Assembly (NCBI GenBank): GCA_964187785.1
Contig: OZ076409.1
Span: 52,206,001 to 52,270,000 of the forward strand
Direction: 5' to 3'
Length of the DNA: 64,000 nt
From: Amphiscolops sp. MND2022
Taxonomy: Eukaryota
Shown: one piece after another, positions 14,401 to 28,123 of the stretch
Position numbering within the stretch: position 1 is the first letter of the stretch
How the letters are laid out: each line of letters opens with the position of its first letter
The notes under the pieces: model-generated
What the model saw: only the letters and a program-made list of their open reading frames with translations
What the model was told of the DNA's origin: nothing
Databases searched by the model: none
Translations under genes and position numbers: made by a program

Positions 14401-17400
14401 ATTCGAAATGCGTAGGGATCTTAATTGTCAACTGAAAGTTTTGCACGTAACATGGTGCGTTCGAACGGTTGTAAAACAGTGTCTTGTGCTAATGCTACGG
14501 AAGCCGAAAGCGACTCGTTACTTATCTGTGCGTGCGCATGATACCATACTGGTCGGGAGGGGGCGCGGACTACCACTTTCAGTGCTGTCAAGTCAACATA
14601 GACTTGATAGGTTCTCAGAAAATTCTGTCCCAGCAGGAAATCTTCCACACACATAGCGGCGTCAACAACAACAAAGTTGGTCTCGAGCTCGTAGCCTCCC
14701 GGTTGGAAAATCACTTGCTCTGCCAGGCGAAATGTCTTAATAGTTTTTCCGTTGGCGGCATATAGGTCAACACCATAAGGTCGCATCAGAGTGCCAGTAT
14801 GCACAGCCAGCTTGTTTTATGGAGAGAATGTTACTATGGATACGCCTGAACAAGTGTCGATCAGTCCTCGTAATGGTATAGGCGCTGCATCAGGGATGGT
14901 GAAGGATAGTACGAGCGACGCACACTCATCGATCCTCGCTTCTCCGGTTGGTTCTTGTTGGTCAAATTTGTAGCATCTCAATTCGTGCTGACCCAGACAG
15001 ATTCCCGGGGGAAAAGTGTCAGTAATGACAGTAGCCTCAAAACGTACATCTACTCTGTTTATGTTTACCTTCACTAGGACTGGGGAATAAGCCTGGTATG
15101 TTGGTGTCAAACCCTTCACTTGCCATTCCTCGGGTTGGGGAAGCGTCAGTTGTCGGTGTTCTTGATTTTCAGCAATTTCGTCATTTAGCGCATCGATAGT
15201 TAGATCAGAGCGTTGTTCGCGTTCTATCGCCAGTAGCAAACAAATTGACATTATCGTTCGTCCGGATGAGTCAAAAATGGTAGGCTCGGGGTTGGTTTGT
15301 ATTTGTATTTTTCCGCATGTGATAGTCAGAGGCGTCCCAATATGGGCAGTTTCCGCTTGTCGTAACGTCAATAGCAATTCGTTGTCACTCCTCGTGTGAG
15401 AGGTTTGTGGCTTTTCAGTCCAGAGGCTGTAGGCCAATGCCTCTTGTGTTGCTGTATTCTGACATTGGGAGGCGGAGTGCTCGGTCATGCCGCAGTTGAC
15501 ACAGAATATTGGGCCTGTGCAATCGGATGCCAATGTTTCTTCACAATAATTCACTTGATCGTCTTGAGCTACAGGAACTTGTGGCTTTCTGGCTGGATCT
15601 TCAGTTGGGCGTTCTCGGACAAAGTGATCTGCTTGGCCACAAATGAAACAATTTCCCTGGGGACTCGCATTGGTTGCAGTGGGATCTGTTTCACCGAAGG
15701 GGTGCTAGGTTGAGGTATCACGGGTTCCATATTTTGTTGCATCTGAGGAGGTGGTAGCACGTTCTGTGGTATCCTGGGTGCTGGGTGAATCAGTTTCCCA
15801 GGCATGAAACGATGAAGTCGTGACCTCATTCCGTATCTAGTGTCATAGGGCTTGGCAGTTAATGACCGATGCCTTTGTAATTGACGCGTGGTGAATCGTA
15901 GGGATTCAACGGTGGGTGGATCCGTCAGGAAGTTTTCGGCTGCATAAACCACAGCCAAATCTTGGCGCAATATTGGGTCACGAACGCCATCAGTAAATCG
16001 CTGGAGGATTTCGTAGCGTTTAGTAGTGATAGGCTAATCAGGAAATCCTTGTGTTCTCAACCCTTCGAGGGCGTCCAAGTAATGCATCGAGTGCTCCTTC
16101 TCTTGCTGGACACGCGAAATGAACGTTTGTCTCACGTGCATCCTGTTTCCGCCAGTTCCAAACCTACTGGCCAAAAAGGTGAAAACTTTTTCGGGGTCGT
16201 CCCGTTCTGGTTCAGATTTGTTAATGATATAGTTTCTCGCTTCTCCTTCCAGATGGTCAATAAATGCCCATGCTTTATCTACTTCTGTGGATTTGGCATG
16301 TACACGTTCGAGAAAGCGTTTCATAAGGAGGCGCAACCCATCTACATTACCATCTTTTGTACTTTTGTACACTGTTGGTCGAGTTCTAGTTTGTTCTCTA
16401 CCGGCTATCAATGGTGATAGCTCCTTGGACATTGCTTCAGATTATGCTTCGCTGAACTTTAGCTGTTCTGGGGAAATAGAAAGTTCCTCAATTGTGACAG
16501 GGGGGCTGCTCCCTCGCGTGGATTTGGAAATACATTGGAGATTCCACTTTTTTTCGTCAAGTACTGCTAGCGCATGGATTGCCCGGGGGCAATTCATCGT
16601 TTGCAGTATGAAATTCCTCGGTTATTTTTTTGAATGTTGGGTTGGCAGATTGAAATTGAGGTCATTTGAAATGTGGGATTGGATTAATACAGGTTGGTTT
16701 TCTCAAATCAATGATTCCCATGCTGGAAGTTTCAATGGTTATAGAGTTGTTCCGAGAACCCTTTTTGCATGTAGCACTCGGTGATGGATCCGTATTCAGC
16801 GTTGTCGATATTTGGATTCCACTCGATAGAGGTTTGTATTTGGGTAGCAGTGGCTTAGATGTTGATACGTCCATTGGAATGGTCAAGTTTTCTCTAGATT
16901 TGAGAGTTACGTTCTTTGTAGAGGGTTTGGGAGGTGTGTATTTTATGTTTTGGGTCAAGCTTATATGGGTGGTGTGTTTTGAGGTTGGATATCTTTCAAT
17001 ACAGTTCCCATTGCTTGAATTTGTGAACACCTTTCTTGCAGATGTGACATTGCAGATGTTCGCGTTGTATTAGCAGAATTTTCATTTCCATTATGCGATA
17101 GCCCATAGCATTGATTTCGGCGGCTTGCATGTTTTGTCCCTGTGCTTGTCTCTCAGCGGATAATCGCAATTCATTTTTCACAGCCTCAATCGCTGCAGCA
17201 ATGGCTTGATGTTTGCGGTTACACTCTGCCTTGCCCTCAAACAAGCGAGCAACAGGTCGTTCTGCTTCAAGCTGTGCTTGTAGTAGGGCTTTGCGGGCAA
17301 AAGCCGATCCATGTACTGCTCTGTATGCAGAGGATCGTCTTCATGTTGCCTTAGACGATGGTGATGCAGAACGTGACGTGCCATGATGTCCCGTCGCTGC
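8500..17400 (-). mobile_element. Heavily degenerate Ty3/Gypsy element (element 2, different family), LTRs not recognised
   Basis: Minus-strand order: gag (16034-16432; knuckles CFICGQADH and CVNCGMTEHSASQC), protease (LIDTCSG ~14860), RT (SESPWA, DAYPLPRID, AYIVDV), RNase H (LRVDNQA), integrase (CLTCQQ, IIDYFSKF, ERQNRTL, YNST), then a long C-terminal extension. Boundaries approximate. Confidence 0.88.
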
Positions 17401-17429
17401 TGTCTGTGCTAGTAAAGCTGGAGGCCTTA

Positions 17430-17827
17430 CTTTTCTTCCCTTTCATACCTCCCACATAGCTCATCTCTTGCAATATATTTTTTTGTCTCAAAAGAGTCCC
17501 CCTTTAGTTTTTTTACCTTTTCAACGTAGCCTACAAAACAGGATGTGCCTAAATGGTCCCCCCTTTGGATTTTTTCGGCACTGTGCGACTTTTTTTCGAA
17601 AATTTTTTGTTGTCTCCAAAAGGACCCCCCTTTGAGTTTTTTGATGTTTTGCAACAGAATGTATGTTAATAAATGCAAAAGGGGGTTCCCCTTTTTACAT
17701 TTTTCGGCACCATGCGACATTTTTTGAAAGAAAAAAATTGCAAAATTTCAAGTTTTTTCTCCAAATAAATGTTTTGCGCTTTTTGAGCCTTAGATATAGC
17801 GCCCACTTTAGACGTTCTCGTCTTGTT
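17430..17827 (+). mobile_element. Helentron/DINE-1-like non-autonomous repeat (3' part)
   Basis: Shares the 3' end GAGCCTTAGATATAGCGCC..AGACGTTCTCGTCTTGTT and internal blocks with copies at 29430, 33180 and 38268. Confidence 0.6.
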
Positions 17828-18299
17828 CATCTTTGATCCCCTGTCACTCAGAACTGAGACTGAACACAGAGTCCATGGTTTCGTTAATTATAAAAATGAC
17901 GTCAGTTTTTTTCGTTCTCAGTTTTTGGAGCAAAACATGGATTAAAACATGAGTTTTGTTGGATTTGTACCTCAAATTTTTTTAAAACTGAAACGAAATA
18001 CCGACACTATTCTCCTTCACAAATTACAGCAAGAATGTAGGCTAGCTTTTGTACCAACAAAGTTTCCGTCATCAAGTATGACGCCTACGTTTCTCATTTC
18101 AAAATTATTTGCCTTCGAATAAGTTTATAGGCTGACGACTGACTGAATTGTTTGGATTGTTTGTTGTTTTGTATTTCTTTCGAGTTTCGAGTCAATACTC
18201 TGATAAAGTCTAACCCATATATAGCCCGAGGGTTTACCCTAATTTTGAAAGTCGGTAGTTCAGTAGGTTAGCAATTCGTTTCTGGTTGGTGATTATCAA

Positions 18300-19200
18300 C
18301 GAAACTGCTCTCCAAACAATTTTCATCTTTCTCGTTCCTTTGCTGTTCAAGGCCTCGGCTATGAAACTTCATCTGCCACGTTCAGATTTAAGATTTTTCA
18401 TATTTGAACTGATATTTTCAAAAAGATCTTTTTTTATTTTTTGGTTTGTTAAACACAGTGGTTTGATGCTAGAGTATGTTTACTGGGACGAAGAGTTCAT
18501 TTTCTCATTCGTCCACATAAATAAACATGCAAGTTTTTATTTTTATACTTTTATTTGCCTAATGATTTTGAGTACCGATCCTTCACACCCATCTCGATAC
18601 AGTATCGCTAAGAGAATTCCTGAGTCGAGAATGTCAACTTCGTTTCTGGTAAGGGCTAAAATGTCAGCTATACAGCCTTCTCAGAAAACTTTCGTTTCCT
18701 CTGAAAACCAAATTAATTAGACGAAAGTAAGATATTTTTGTCAAAAAGCATTTCATTTGTTTCAGCGGAATAAATTGCCCATTGAACTCAATATGTTGAT
18801 CGGTCTGTAATTTCTGGGCTGCTTTTGTCTTCTTTTTTGTATAATGGACAAATTTGGCTATTTTGAGATTGTTGAAGAAACATTACTCCCTAATGTTTTT
18901 TTTCAAAGTTTTATTGATAAACTTGTAAGTTACTGGAGAGTAGCTTTTTAGAATTTTGTTGCTGATATCGTCAGGATCCGTACTTCATTTATTTTTGAAT
19001 TTTTGATGATTGAGTTGATTTCATCCATACCAACTTCATTCAGAATCATGGTGGATTCGAGCGGAATAATTTGGTATCGATAATTGATGTGAACAAAAAT
19101 CCCTAGTCCCAAAAATATTCATTCATGTTTTCAACATAGAGAAACTCTGTTGTACTGTTCTGATTGCTGTCGGTTTTTTTGTACACTAACTTGATGGTAA
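18300..19200 (-). pseudogene. Very degenerate non-LTR (LINE) reverse transcriptase remnant
   Basis: Manual minus-strand translation across frameshifts gives STDPDDISNKILK...LKIAKFV..YKKEDKSSPxNYRPINILSS, the typical LINE RT N-terminal motifs, plus a degenerate FIYVD downstream. Confidence 0.55.
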
Positions 19201-19310
19201 GATTTATACCTAATTCTTTAAAGTTTTGCTCTCGTTTGACATTTCCTAAAAAACAATAAACATCGGGCAGTCTACCGTATCTGCACGCTGCTTGGGTTGA
19301 AGACCACGAT

Positions 19311-20981
19311 TGTCGTAAGCTTGGTTTGTGTTATTGTCATAAAGACAATTACGGGTTGGCTCACTTCTGATGTAGTTTTTCGTTTTCTCACTGCAATAAT
19401 CTTCGGCCGGAACGTTCCATCTTTTTTGTGTCACATGTCCGGATCCGGCCCTCAGGGCATTTCGTAATTGGGACAATATCTGATTGCTTATAGCATCACT
19501 GATTGCACTCTGGATCTGAGTATTAACACTATTCATCATCTCAACCATTTTCCAGAAACCACGAGTCAAGTTCACTCGACAACCTATTGATCTCAACATT
19601 CGAGTTAGCACTTGTTGAAATCTGCCCGGGGTCGGCACTATTACCGGGTCTCATTTCTGCATGATTCAAGTACAAGTTTTCTTCGTTATTCCCAAACATA
19701 TCATTAGCGGTACTCTCAGGCCTTCTAGCTGAGTTGCTATTTACACTCTCTTCCACCTCAGAGTGTCTTTCGCCTAACATTATATCTAAATTTTCCATGT
19801 CTGAGATAAATTCTAGTTCTCTTGACTTCCTTGCTTTTTTCTGTTTTCTTGTAGTAGGCATCGAAGCAATCCAGTATAAATACTTGAATTCGGAAAATTA
19901 TCAGTGGAACCGTTTTTAGAGTATCTTTATCAGAGCGTGATAAAATAATAAGTGTCTCTCCCAGGAGAGATATTGATATATATACCCCTGTGGGGTGACA
20001 CTCACATTCCTTACATTTCCCAATCTAGAATAAAATCACATGATGGCTGTGACCCTAACATGTGACCTGGTTATCATTATCAGAGAAGCATCAAAATGTA
20101 TCAAGTGACTAGCAACAGGTTTTTGTGGCATCAAATGAATGCCATTAATTCATCGGTTAATGGGCTAGTTACATCGAAGCATCAACAAAACAAGGAATTA
20201 TTAATTTTTTTGCGGGCACGCGTTGGCGCGCATGACTTAACAGGCAATACTACTCCTATTTAACTGCAAATTACATGTAACAACAAATATATTAAAACCG
20301 CCTGAATGGGCTACTCGCCTCATGTCAAGTAAGCACTGAAAACTATAGGTAAATGTCCCAATCGGCAAATAGTACCAAGTCAGAGGTATTAGCCGTTAAC
20401 TATTGCACCGAAGCTTTTATTCAAAGCATAGAATATAAGCACCTAATTACTGGTTAATTACAAGTATAACTAACTTCATAACTACGTCCTTTCATGAAGC
20501 CGCCGGAACCGGCCATCTGATTACATTGCTAATTAGGAGTAGAGGCGTTGTGTCAATTGGCCTTATTCGGCCATGAATGAACAAAAGCATCAATGAAGCA
20601 ACAAGTGGTGAGTTGTGATCGGCTGCAACTACGTGCTCAAGTGACGTTTCCGGAATAGCACTTTGCGTCACTTGAACACGTTTCCTTTGCTGCCTTACAG
20701 TTGTATTCAACTTGCATCAAATTTAATCTGCATTTACTACGTCTTTTGACAACTTCTATCAATTTGATTTGGATTTGCCAAATCGTACATTTAACAGACT
20801 AACATGTAAAACATTAAAATCATGACTGAAAATGATATATATTGTCATAAATAAGAAACACTTTCATATTTTGCAAGAACAAAGTTTTAACTCTAAAAGG
20901 TAGAAAATGTCCCTCGAGCAATGTCTTGGCCGTCAGCTGTCGTTGTGATAATAGTTCCGTCACAGGCGGCAGCCTGCTACA
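19311..20981 (-). mobile_element. Solo LTR related to element 1, with 5-bp TSD
   Basis: TG...CA termini; ACGAT at both 19306-19310 and 20982-20986. Contains a gag N-terminal ORF (MPTTRKQKKARKS, from 19861) homologous to the ORF at 1440. Confidence 0.92.
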
Positions 20982-22644
20982 ACGATCTATTAGAGAAAGC
21001 GTTTGGTGGTATCTAGTTCTCCATTAATATCGAGTCCAGGAGGACACGATGTCGATTGACTGGGTGTATCTCCATGTGTAGAGGTATGACCCTAATGATG
21101 GTGTTTGTGTTTTGTTCTACCTGCTTCTCGCCTTTTATTTTTTAGTAGCAATAGCGGGCTCGGGGATGAAAAATTGGCAGAGTTATTTGCGAGTTGAGCA
21201 AGGGGTTGTTTGATTTGCGTGATGACAAATTGCAAGTATGACTCGGTCGTGCACTTGCAGTTTCTCGAAAGGGTTTTGTCAAATAACCCACAGCTAAAAA
21301 TGACGAGGTCTTCTATTCCGTGTGATAGAGATCTTGAAGGCCATGTAGCAGTCGTGGTTGAAGTAGTCTATGCCGTAGTGGATTGCATATTGGTTGAGTA
21401 ACATCAGACAGGTTTTAGCAAATTCAACAGTTTCATACCAGGGTCCTTTCTAACTCTGCATCTATGACCAATTCGTGTTGGCCGTTCAAACTGTGCATCC
21501 AGCAGCGGTGATTTTTGGCAACAACGAGGGAGTTGGTTGAATCCTTCTTCGACTGCTTTTTATTTCGAACCTACAAACTACTTTTGACGGTCTTTTGTTT
21601 CAAGAAACGGTTTCAAGAAACTTTTGACGGTCTTTTTTGAAAAGATGATTATTTCAACCATGTATGTACAAACCGATGACGTTTTACCCTTAACAGAGGA
21701 CCGACATCTGCAAGGAGAAAGCCAGTACAATAAAGGTTGAAAATGAGTTCGTGGCTTTTTGCGACTTCCAATGGATTTCCATCAATCTGCTTGCTCAATC
21801 ATCTGCTGATATTACACCACCCGGGTTTCCCGACCAGATTGATCACACTCATTGATTATATATGGCACCATACAAATCATACACACTTTTTCTATGATCT
21901 TACCATTATCAATCTGGAATTGAATATGATTCAGAGTCTAATCAGTCTGGAACCATAAACTTCTATGGTCCAGTCAGGAATCATAAATGGCCCAGACTAT
22001 GATCAAATTGAAATCATAAGCTTTTGTTGCCCACACGGGTTGCCGTGACGCTTAGAGCAAACTTTCAATTATTGAGAACCGCCAACTTTTTAGGCTGAAA
22101 GCAGAACCGGCAAGAGAGCCAGTTCGACCTTTTCTATTTCCGAACAATACATTGCAGGTCTCAACTCCGTAAAACTTTTAACGACAAACTATACCCACAA
22201 AATTTGTTGCCACTTCTTATTTATTCAATAACTCTTTTGTTACAGCAATACCCACTTTTCAGTGTGATTTCTGATTCCATCGAGATTACCAATAGTTCGG
22301 CAAAAGCTGCCAAAAATTGATGATTCCCACCTTGTTTTCAGTTTTATGATTATATTGGAATTTTGGTTGAGGAATATCTAGTAATTTCATCAGTGGATGC
22401 GTTAATTGACTACGTTAAGCTTGTTTTTCATACATGGAACCAGACGGATCATAAAGTAAACCATATATGGTTCAGTCTTTGGTGATTCTGCAATGTTTGA
22501 TGAATTCATGTTAATCGTAATATGGGCCATATATGGAAACAGGTTAATCATAGACTGAACCATATATGGTTCAGAGTATGGTCAGCCTTGAATCATATAT
22601 TTTATGGTCCAGTTTATGATCAGCCTGGAGGCAATTTTTCTTTA

Positions 22645-23220
22645 GTTTTTTATTCGGCGTTTTCGGAGAACAAGGTCGACTCTTACAGAGGCTAGTTTTT
22701 TCTCCAGTAGCTGCTCCACTTTACGCTGAACAGATAAAGCAAAAATTAGTTATACGGTAAAAACCATTTGGCGTAGCAAGGACGCTAATTTCGAATTTTT
22801 GACGTTATATCCAAATTAAATTGTATTTCAAAGATTTCCAATCTCTCCCCTTCTCGATTTTTACCAGAAACGAAACGTTTCGCGACTTTCCGGAGAATTT
22901 TTTTTCGAAAGAAATTGTTTTCATTTAAAAATTTTTTTGAGAGATTTTCCATTGAGCAAAACCGTTTTCCCAGCACTAAAGGGACCCTCTGAATATTTTT
23001 AGTGCTGTGTGACTGATCAAAGTTTTCTCAATAATTGTGTAAAAGACCTACTGCCTTTTTTGGTACAATGAGGCTTTTTCCGAGAGAAAAAAGACAAGAA
23101 ATTTTTTCAAAGAAGTAAGTTCTTTGTTGTTTCCAGTTGGGAAAAGTGGTTTTCGCGTCTCAAGCGGCACTGTAGAGTTGATGAAATTTTTAAAAGTGTC
23201 TTTTTACGTATTTAAGACCT
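22645..23220 (+). mobile_element. Helentron/DINE-1-like repeat, 5' part, diverged
   Basis: Starts with TCGGCGTTTTCGGAGAA..CGACTCTTACAGAGGCTAGTTTTT, as in the copy at 38268. Confidence 0.45.
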
Positions 23221-24813
23221 TTGCCGTTTTGAAACTTGACATTTAAGGTCATACGCCTTTTTGACAGTTAAGTACATGTGAATGAATGCAACTGAAACAT
23301 AAAAATGAATCATCACTTAACATTTAGCTTGAGAAGTTATCGGAATACATTCTTACACCGTATGAACAACGCAATAGTTGACCGCATGGGTACGTTTCGC
23401 TTTCTCTTAGAAAACACCCACAAGTAGTAACTTATTCCCAGTGAAAGGAGCACAGTGGCGATGATGGAGACGTGGCCATCACAACGTGATGACACGCTTG
23501 GATACGGAGTTACGACCTTTATCGTCCCAAAGCAGCACTAATTCCTCAAGTTCTCCTTACGCCATACTGTTACGTTATCTCCTTCCGCCAGATCCCCTTT
23601 TCCCTAGAACTCCCCTGCACAAGCAGCCGAGCAAAAGTTAGAACAAACTTACTCGCTGAGTGAGAAGTTAACGGAGTAGGCGGCGTTGGGATGATAAATA
23701 TCCCCCCTGGAGAAGATTTCCCTTCATCCGATGAACTGAAACGTCTCGAGACTGATACAGAACGTTGAAAAACGTGGCAAAAATAAACAGTCAAAACTAA
23801 AACGTGTAGAACGTTGTCATTTGAAATGAAGGCGTTGCCGTGTATCATGCACATCTCAAGTTAATTAAGAAGCGATTGTTCTTGTGAAAAAAAAACGAAA
23901 ACAAAGGCCTTTTAAAATAACACAAATGGCTCACTACTAGGTCAAAACAAAAAACATTTTCAAGACCATCTGACTTACGCTTTGTGCTCCGTAAACTTTT
24001 AGCCAGTTCTTAGTTTTTTCTGATTTATGATTGGAGCCCGATCTTGACATAAAAATTGAGCGCTCGTTTAGCCAATACGCAGTTGAAATTTATACACATT
24101 GTGTCTCCCAGATTCTCATTGTTCGTTAATTACTTACACGCTTGTTTTCGCCAATAATGGTAGAAACTGGTGCTGTGCACGTCAAGTCGTTAAAGATCAT
24201 CGTACCGAGAACCAAGTTTTTTGTATTCAGAGGTGACGTAAACGTCGGATCTGTGAGTTTTTTGAGCGTTATCAGTAGCAACTAGACATCGAGAAGAACA
24301 ATGGAAGACGTCATCGAAGGACGCCTAAAAGGACTTCTTTTCCGTCTAAGTGCTCAGTTTTTCAAGTCTTGTACTCTACTAATTCCCTAGGTTTCCGGGT
24401 TGCAGTAGCGGTCTTTGAAAAATTCATCAATAAAAAATGATGATTTAATTAATCTTGAATGCTGTGGTAATCATAAAGGACGTTAACAAAAAAGTGCTTA
24501 AAATTAATCAAAGAGAACCAAAAGTCTCAGGTTTTTGATGCGTTTCGTGCTAGATTCTAACATTTTTGTTTGCATGAGTTTGTTGGTTGGGATCGAGCTT
24601 TTAAGAAGTGTTGCGTCTTGTTTTCTCATTCATCTAAAACGATGATTTCATCTAAATCACTTAGATTGCAAGTTTGTCGGCCTTATAGTTTAATGGCCTT
24701 ACATAGGCTGAAAATATGGAACATCTTCTGTTGGTCTTTTACGGTCATTAAAAGCCGGTTTTATCCATAGCAAGTCTAAGATACAGATATGTTTTGTTTG
24801 AGTTTTTCTATAG

Positions 24814-24973
24814 AAATTTTAAAAATTTAAATCTCAGCCATGTAACCACGAACTGATTTCACCTCTGATACAAAAGTGTTTGCAAGAATTTAACTTTGTT
24901 ACATAGTTTTTTAGTTGTATCAGAGGTGAAATCAGTTCGTGGTTACATTGCTGAGACATAAATTTTTAAAATT
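24814..24973. repeat. Long inverted repeat (~60-bp arms, ~43-bp spacer)
   Basis: ATGTAACCACGAACTGATTTCACCTCTGATACA and its exact reverse complement TGTATCAGAGGTGAAATCAGTTCGTGGTTACAT. Confidence 0.85.
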
Positions 24974-25779
24974 CTCCATGAAAGGTGAGCCAATTGTAAT
25001 TGCAGGCAGCTTATATAACTTCTGAATAAAACAAAACTTTTTATGAAACGCAAGTTCGTGGTTTTTCAATAACAAAGAGAATCAAAACTCCCAATTGAAC
25101 ACATAATAATTAACTGAAATATCACCGGAAGAAATTTGTGATTGAATTAAAATCCATAACCCTCACCAAAGACTTCTTTATTTTTTCTTTGAATTAACTT
25201 CTTGTGGCATCTTTCACTGTCGTCTGATTAACCATGTAAAATTTTCTAAACCACCGTGCAATTTTTGAGGCCTCCGTACATTTTGTTGATATCCAACGCA
25301 TTCAATTTCTTTGCAATCCATTTGCTGAAAACCCGTGATCCCATCAAAATTGCTGAAACGAGGGTCACATATTGATTGTTGAAGGCATCATCTTATTGTT
25401 TTGAAAGTACAAAAAAAACTGTTCACCGAAGAAATTTGACTTTAATCTTTTGAGTTGGGTTTTCCGCGATTCAACTAAATTTCCCAAGTATGTTGGCCCA
25501 ATTAGAATTCAGCGAGTTTCCAACAGTTTTAGAAAGTTCTACAAGTCATTGTAGCGTTAAAACTGTGATCTCGTTGAAACCCGTTTTCCCTGACAATTAC
25601 ACATGTATATTTGCTTAACCAGTTCAAAAATTCACATCAATGAATACTTCATTGTTGGAATAAGATCATGATGCTAACAAGGAACTCAGGGATACACGAA
25701 AATATGGTGCTAGTAAAATTCCAGATGGTGTACACCAAACCCCACATTACAGTGCACAGGCAAGCTATTTTGCTGCTTT

Positions 25780-26435
25780 TCGTGGAATCCGGGACACGAA
25801 AATTGAGAAAAGTCGTGGAATCCAGGACAAAATATCTCTTTGATGTTAAGCGTGTCCTGGATTCCACGACAGTGCTTGTCCTGGATTCCACGCCAATACT
25901 GCTGCTATAATGACACTTTTGCCGCTGCTCTCTGATTGGTCCGCTGATTTTGAGTATTCATTTTAAATTAATTCAATTTTATATCAAAGGAAATTGTTTT
26001 GATTGACACGAAAAATCCAAGAAGTACGAATAGGGATACTCGTGACTGGTACCAAAAATGAAGTATGTCATTAAAAAGTGGCAGATTTTGATGATCTGGC
26101 AGTTTCTTCAAAACTGGTACTAAACTGAAAGATACGAATATTTGTGTAATATTGGTGTGTTAGTATGAATCATTTTGAATTAAATTACAAAGAGTAGTGC
26201 CTAAAATTATGTGTGTTCAGTCGTCCACTTGATTTTAATTCAAGAAGAGATGCCGCGTATCGCGTCAAGCATAAAGTCGTGGAATCCAGGAAATTTATGA
26301 TTTCTGCAATCTGATTGGTTCATTTCGCAAAACTTACGTTTTTGTGGAATCCGGGACACCGCTGCATGCCGACAGTTCGTACAGCTAAGCATTTGTTACT
26401 GGAATCCACGACTAAATCCGTGGAATCCGGGACAT
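25780..26435. repeat. Clustered GTGGAATCC(A/G)GGAC motifs in both orientations, probable subterminal repeats of a DNA transposon
   Basis: About 8 copies in two clusters (25780-25892, 26277-26435). Confidence 0.5.
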
Positions 26436-27467
26436 ATGACGAAATTTGCCAATTTTGCACGGTTAAAGGTATGGTCGTGTATTCCGAGGTATTGAAAGCA
26501 CAAAATTGTGCTTTGAGCAAATTTAGCTTGCCTGTGCACTGTAATGCACTTTCATGAAAGTGCACTCTCAAAAATTAACTTCCCCATTTTGCACAGGTTA
26601 CTCAACGATTACCGTGGTTGAAACTGCTTGAACTTTTTACATGCATCCTAATCTTGGCGACAACTCGGAGCAGCGAAGTTTTCCAGGTTTCATTAGGAAG
26701 CAGTTCAATTTTTAAATGCAGCTGAGACATCATCAGTTTTACCGCCAATTTAATGCAAATAAACTTCACTCACAATATAAGTTTCAAAGTAGCGTGGTAT
26801 TTAGTGTGCAATTTGAATAATGGTGCTTCTATAGGTCCAATATTTAGGAAAAACAAGTGAAAACAAAGTAACCGAGAATTTGAACAAGTGGAAATATTTT
26901 CAATTTGAATTGAAATGTGGAACCGCATTGTAATTCTACAAAGTTTTTCCAAGCAAGCTCCCAAAACTTTTCATTTAGTAAAAAAATGCCTTGCATGCAA
27001 CGAAGCAGATTCAACTAGCCACGTACCAAATAGCATGAAAGCCAATAACATAAAAATGACATCAGTTTCATTTATCGTACGTTTTTAATTGCCATTGCAA
27101 AAGTGGTTGCATGACTCAACCTCCCTCCTTCATCAGTAGTGGCACGTCTAACCTGCATTTAGGGCACTAGATAAAGGGGGTGTTGCCATTCGCCTAATGT
27201 ATTCAAAACTACGTTACAGTAACGTGATCGATTATGCGCAATAAAGAGCTTTGTCCAATCTGATTCGCTTCTATTGAGAGAAAATGAAAAGTTGTTTAGT
27301 GGAATAATTTCTTTCTATATAGAAAGATATGAAACATATATATAGAAACATATGTTACTTGCTCTCATGCTATTTGGGAATCCACCTCTTACTCAACTAT
27401 CAGTGAGACTTACAATGTGCTGAATTTTTAATTACTAAAAACATTAGATTGCATGACCGTTCAACAG

Positions 27468-28123
27468 CCCATGTTCAGCACTCCCTGTGAATCTGTACAG
27501 ATCTGTACAGATCCTGACAGATATTCCAGGATTTTTCGAAAATTAACCAGTCAAAAATGACCAATAAATTACTATAACATATTCCAAGTTTCCAGCAATT
27601 ACTAAAACTACTCCAGCCAACCATGTTCCCGAAATATCACAACCACATTCCTTTATCAACACCACTACCAACCCAGACGGTAGCCACATGTATAATTACA
27701 TCCGCCAAATCGAAGTCAATATAGCAAACGAGCCGCTCAAAGTTGAACAGCAACTTCTGGAAAGTTCGAGTGAAATAGATAAATTACCGTGCAAAACCTA
27801 TACCAAACATTCCCCAGACACCAAAATTACCTTGATGGGGACAAGTTTTCCGGCTCAAGAATTTTGAGTGATAGAGATTTTCAACTGACTGAGCCTTGGT
27901 CAGCAAAAATACTTGTTGAAGAAGCCCGAAAATGTAATACATTGTTACCCAGAAGCTCCGCAAAAAAATTCCTGAACAATCTGTACAGAAAATCCTTGAA
28001 CATCCTTAAAGATCCTTGCAGATCTGCAGTTGTCCTTACGTAGCAGTGGCACGATCTTTACAGATCCTCAAGGAAAAAAGGCTCACAGATCTGTACAGAT
28101 TCTCAAGGAAAGCTCAACATGGG
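27468..28123. mobile_element. MITE with ~39-bp imperfect TIRs (CCC...GGG) and 2-bp AG flanking duplication, CMC/EnSpm-like
   Basis: Left CCCATGTTCAGCACTCCCTGTGAATCTGTACAGATCTGT vs right reverse complement CCCATGTTGAGCTTTCCTTGAGAATCTGTACAGATCTGT; AG on both flanks. Confidence 0.75.
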
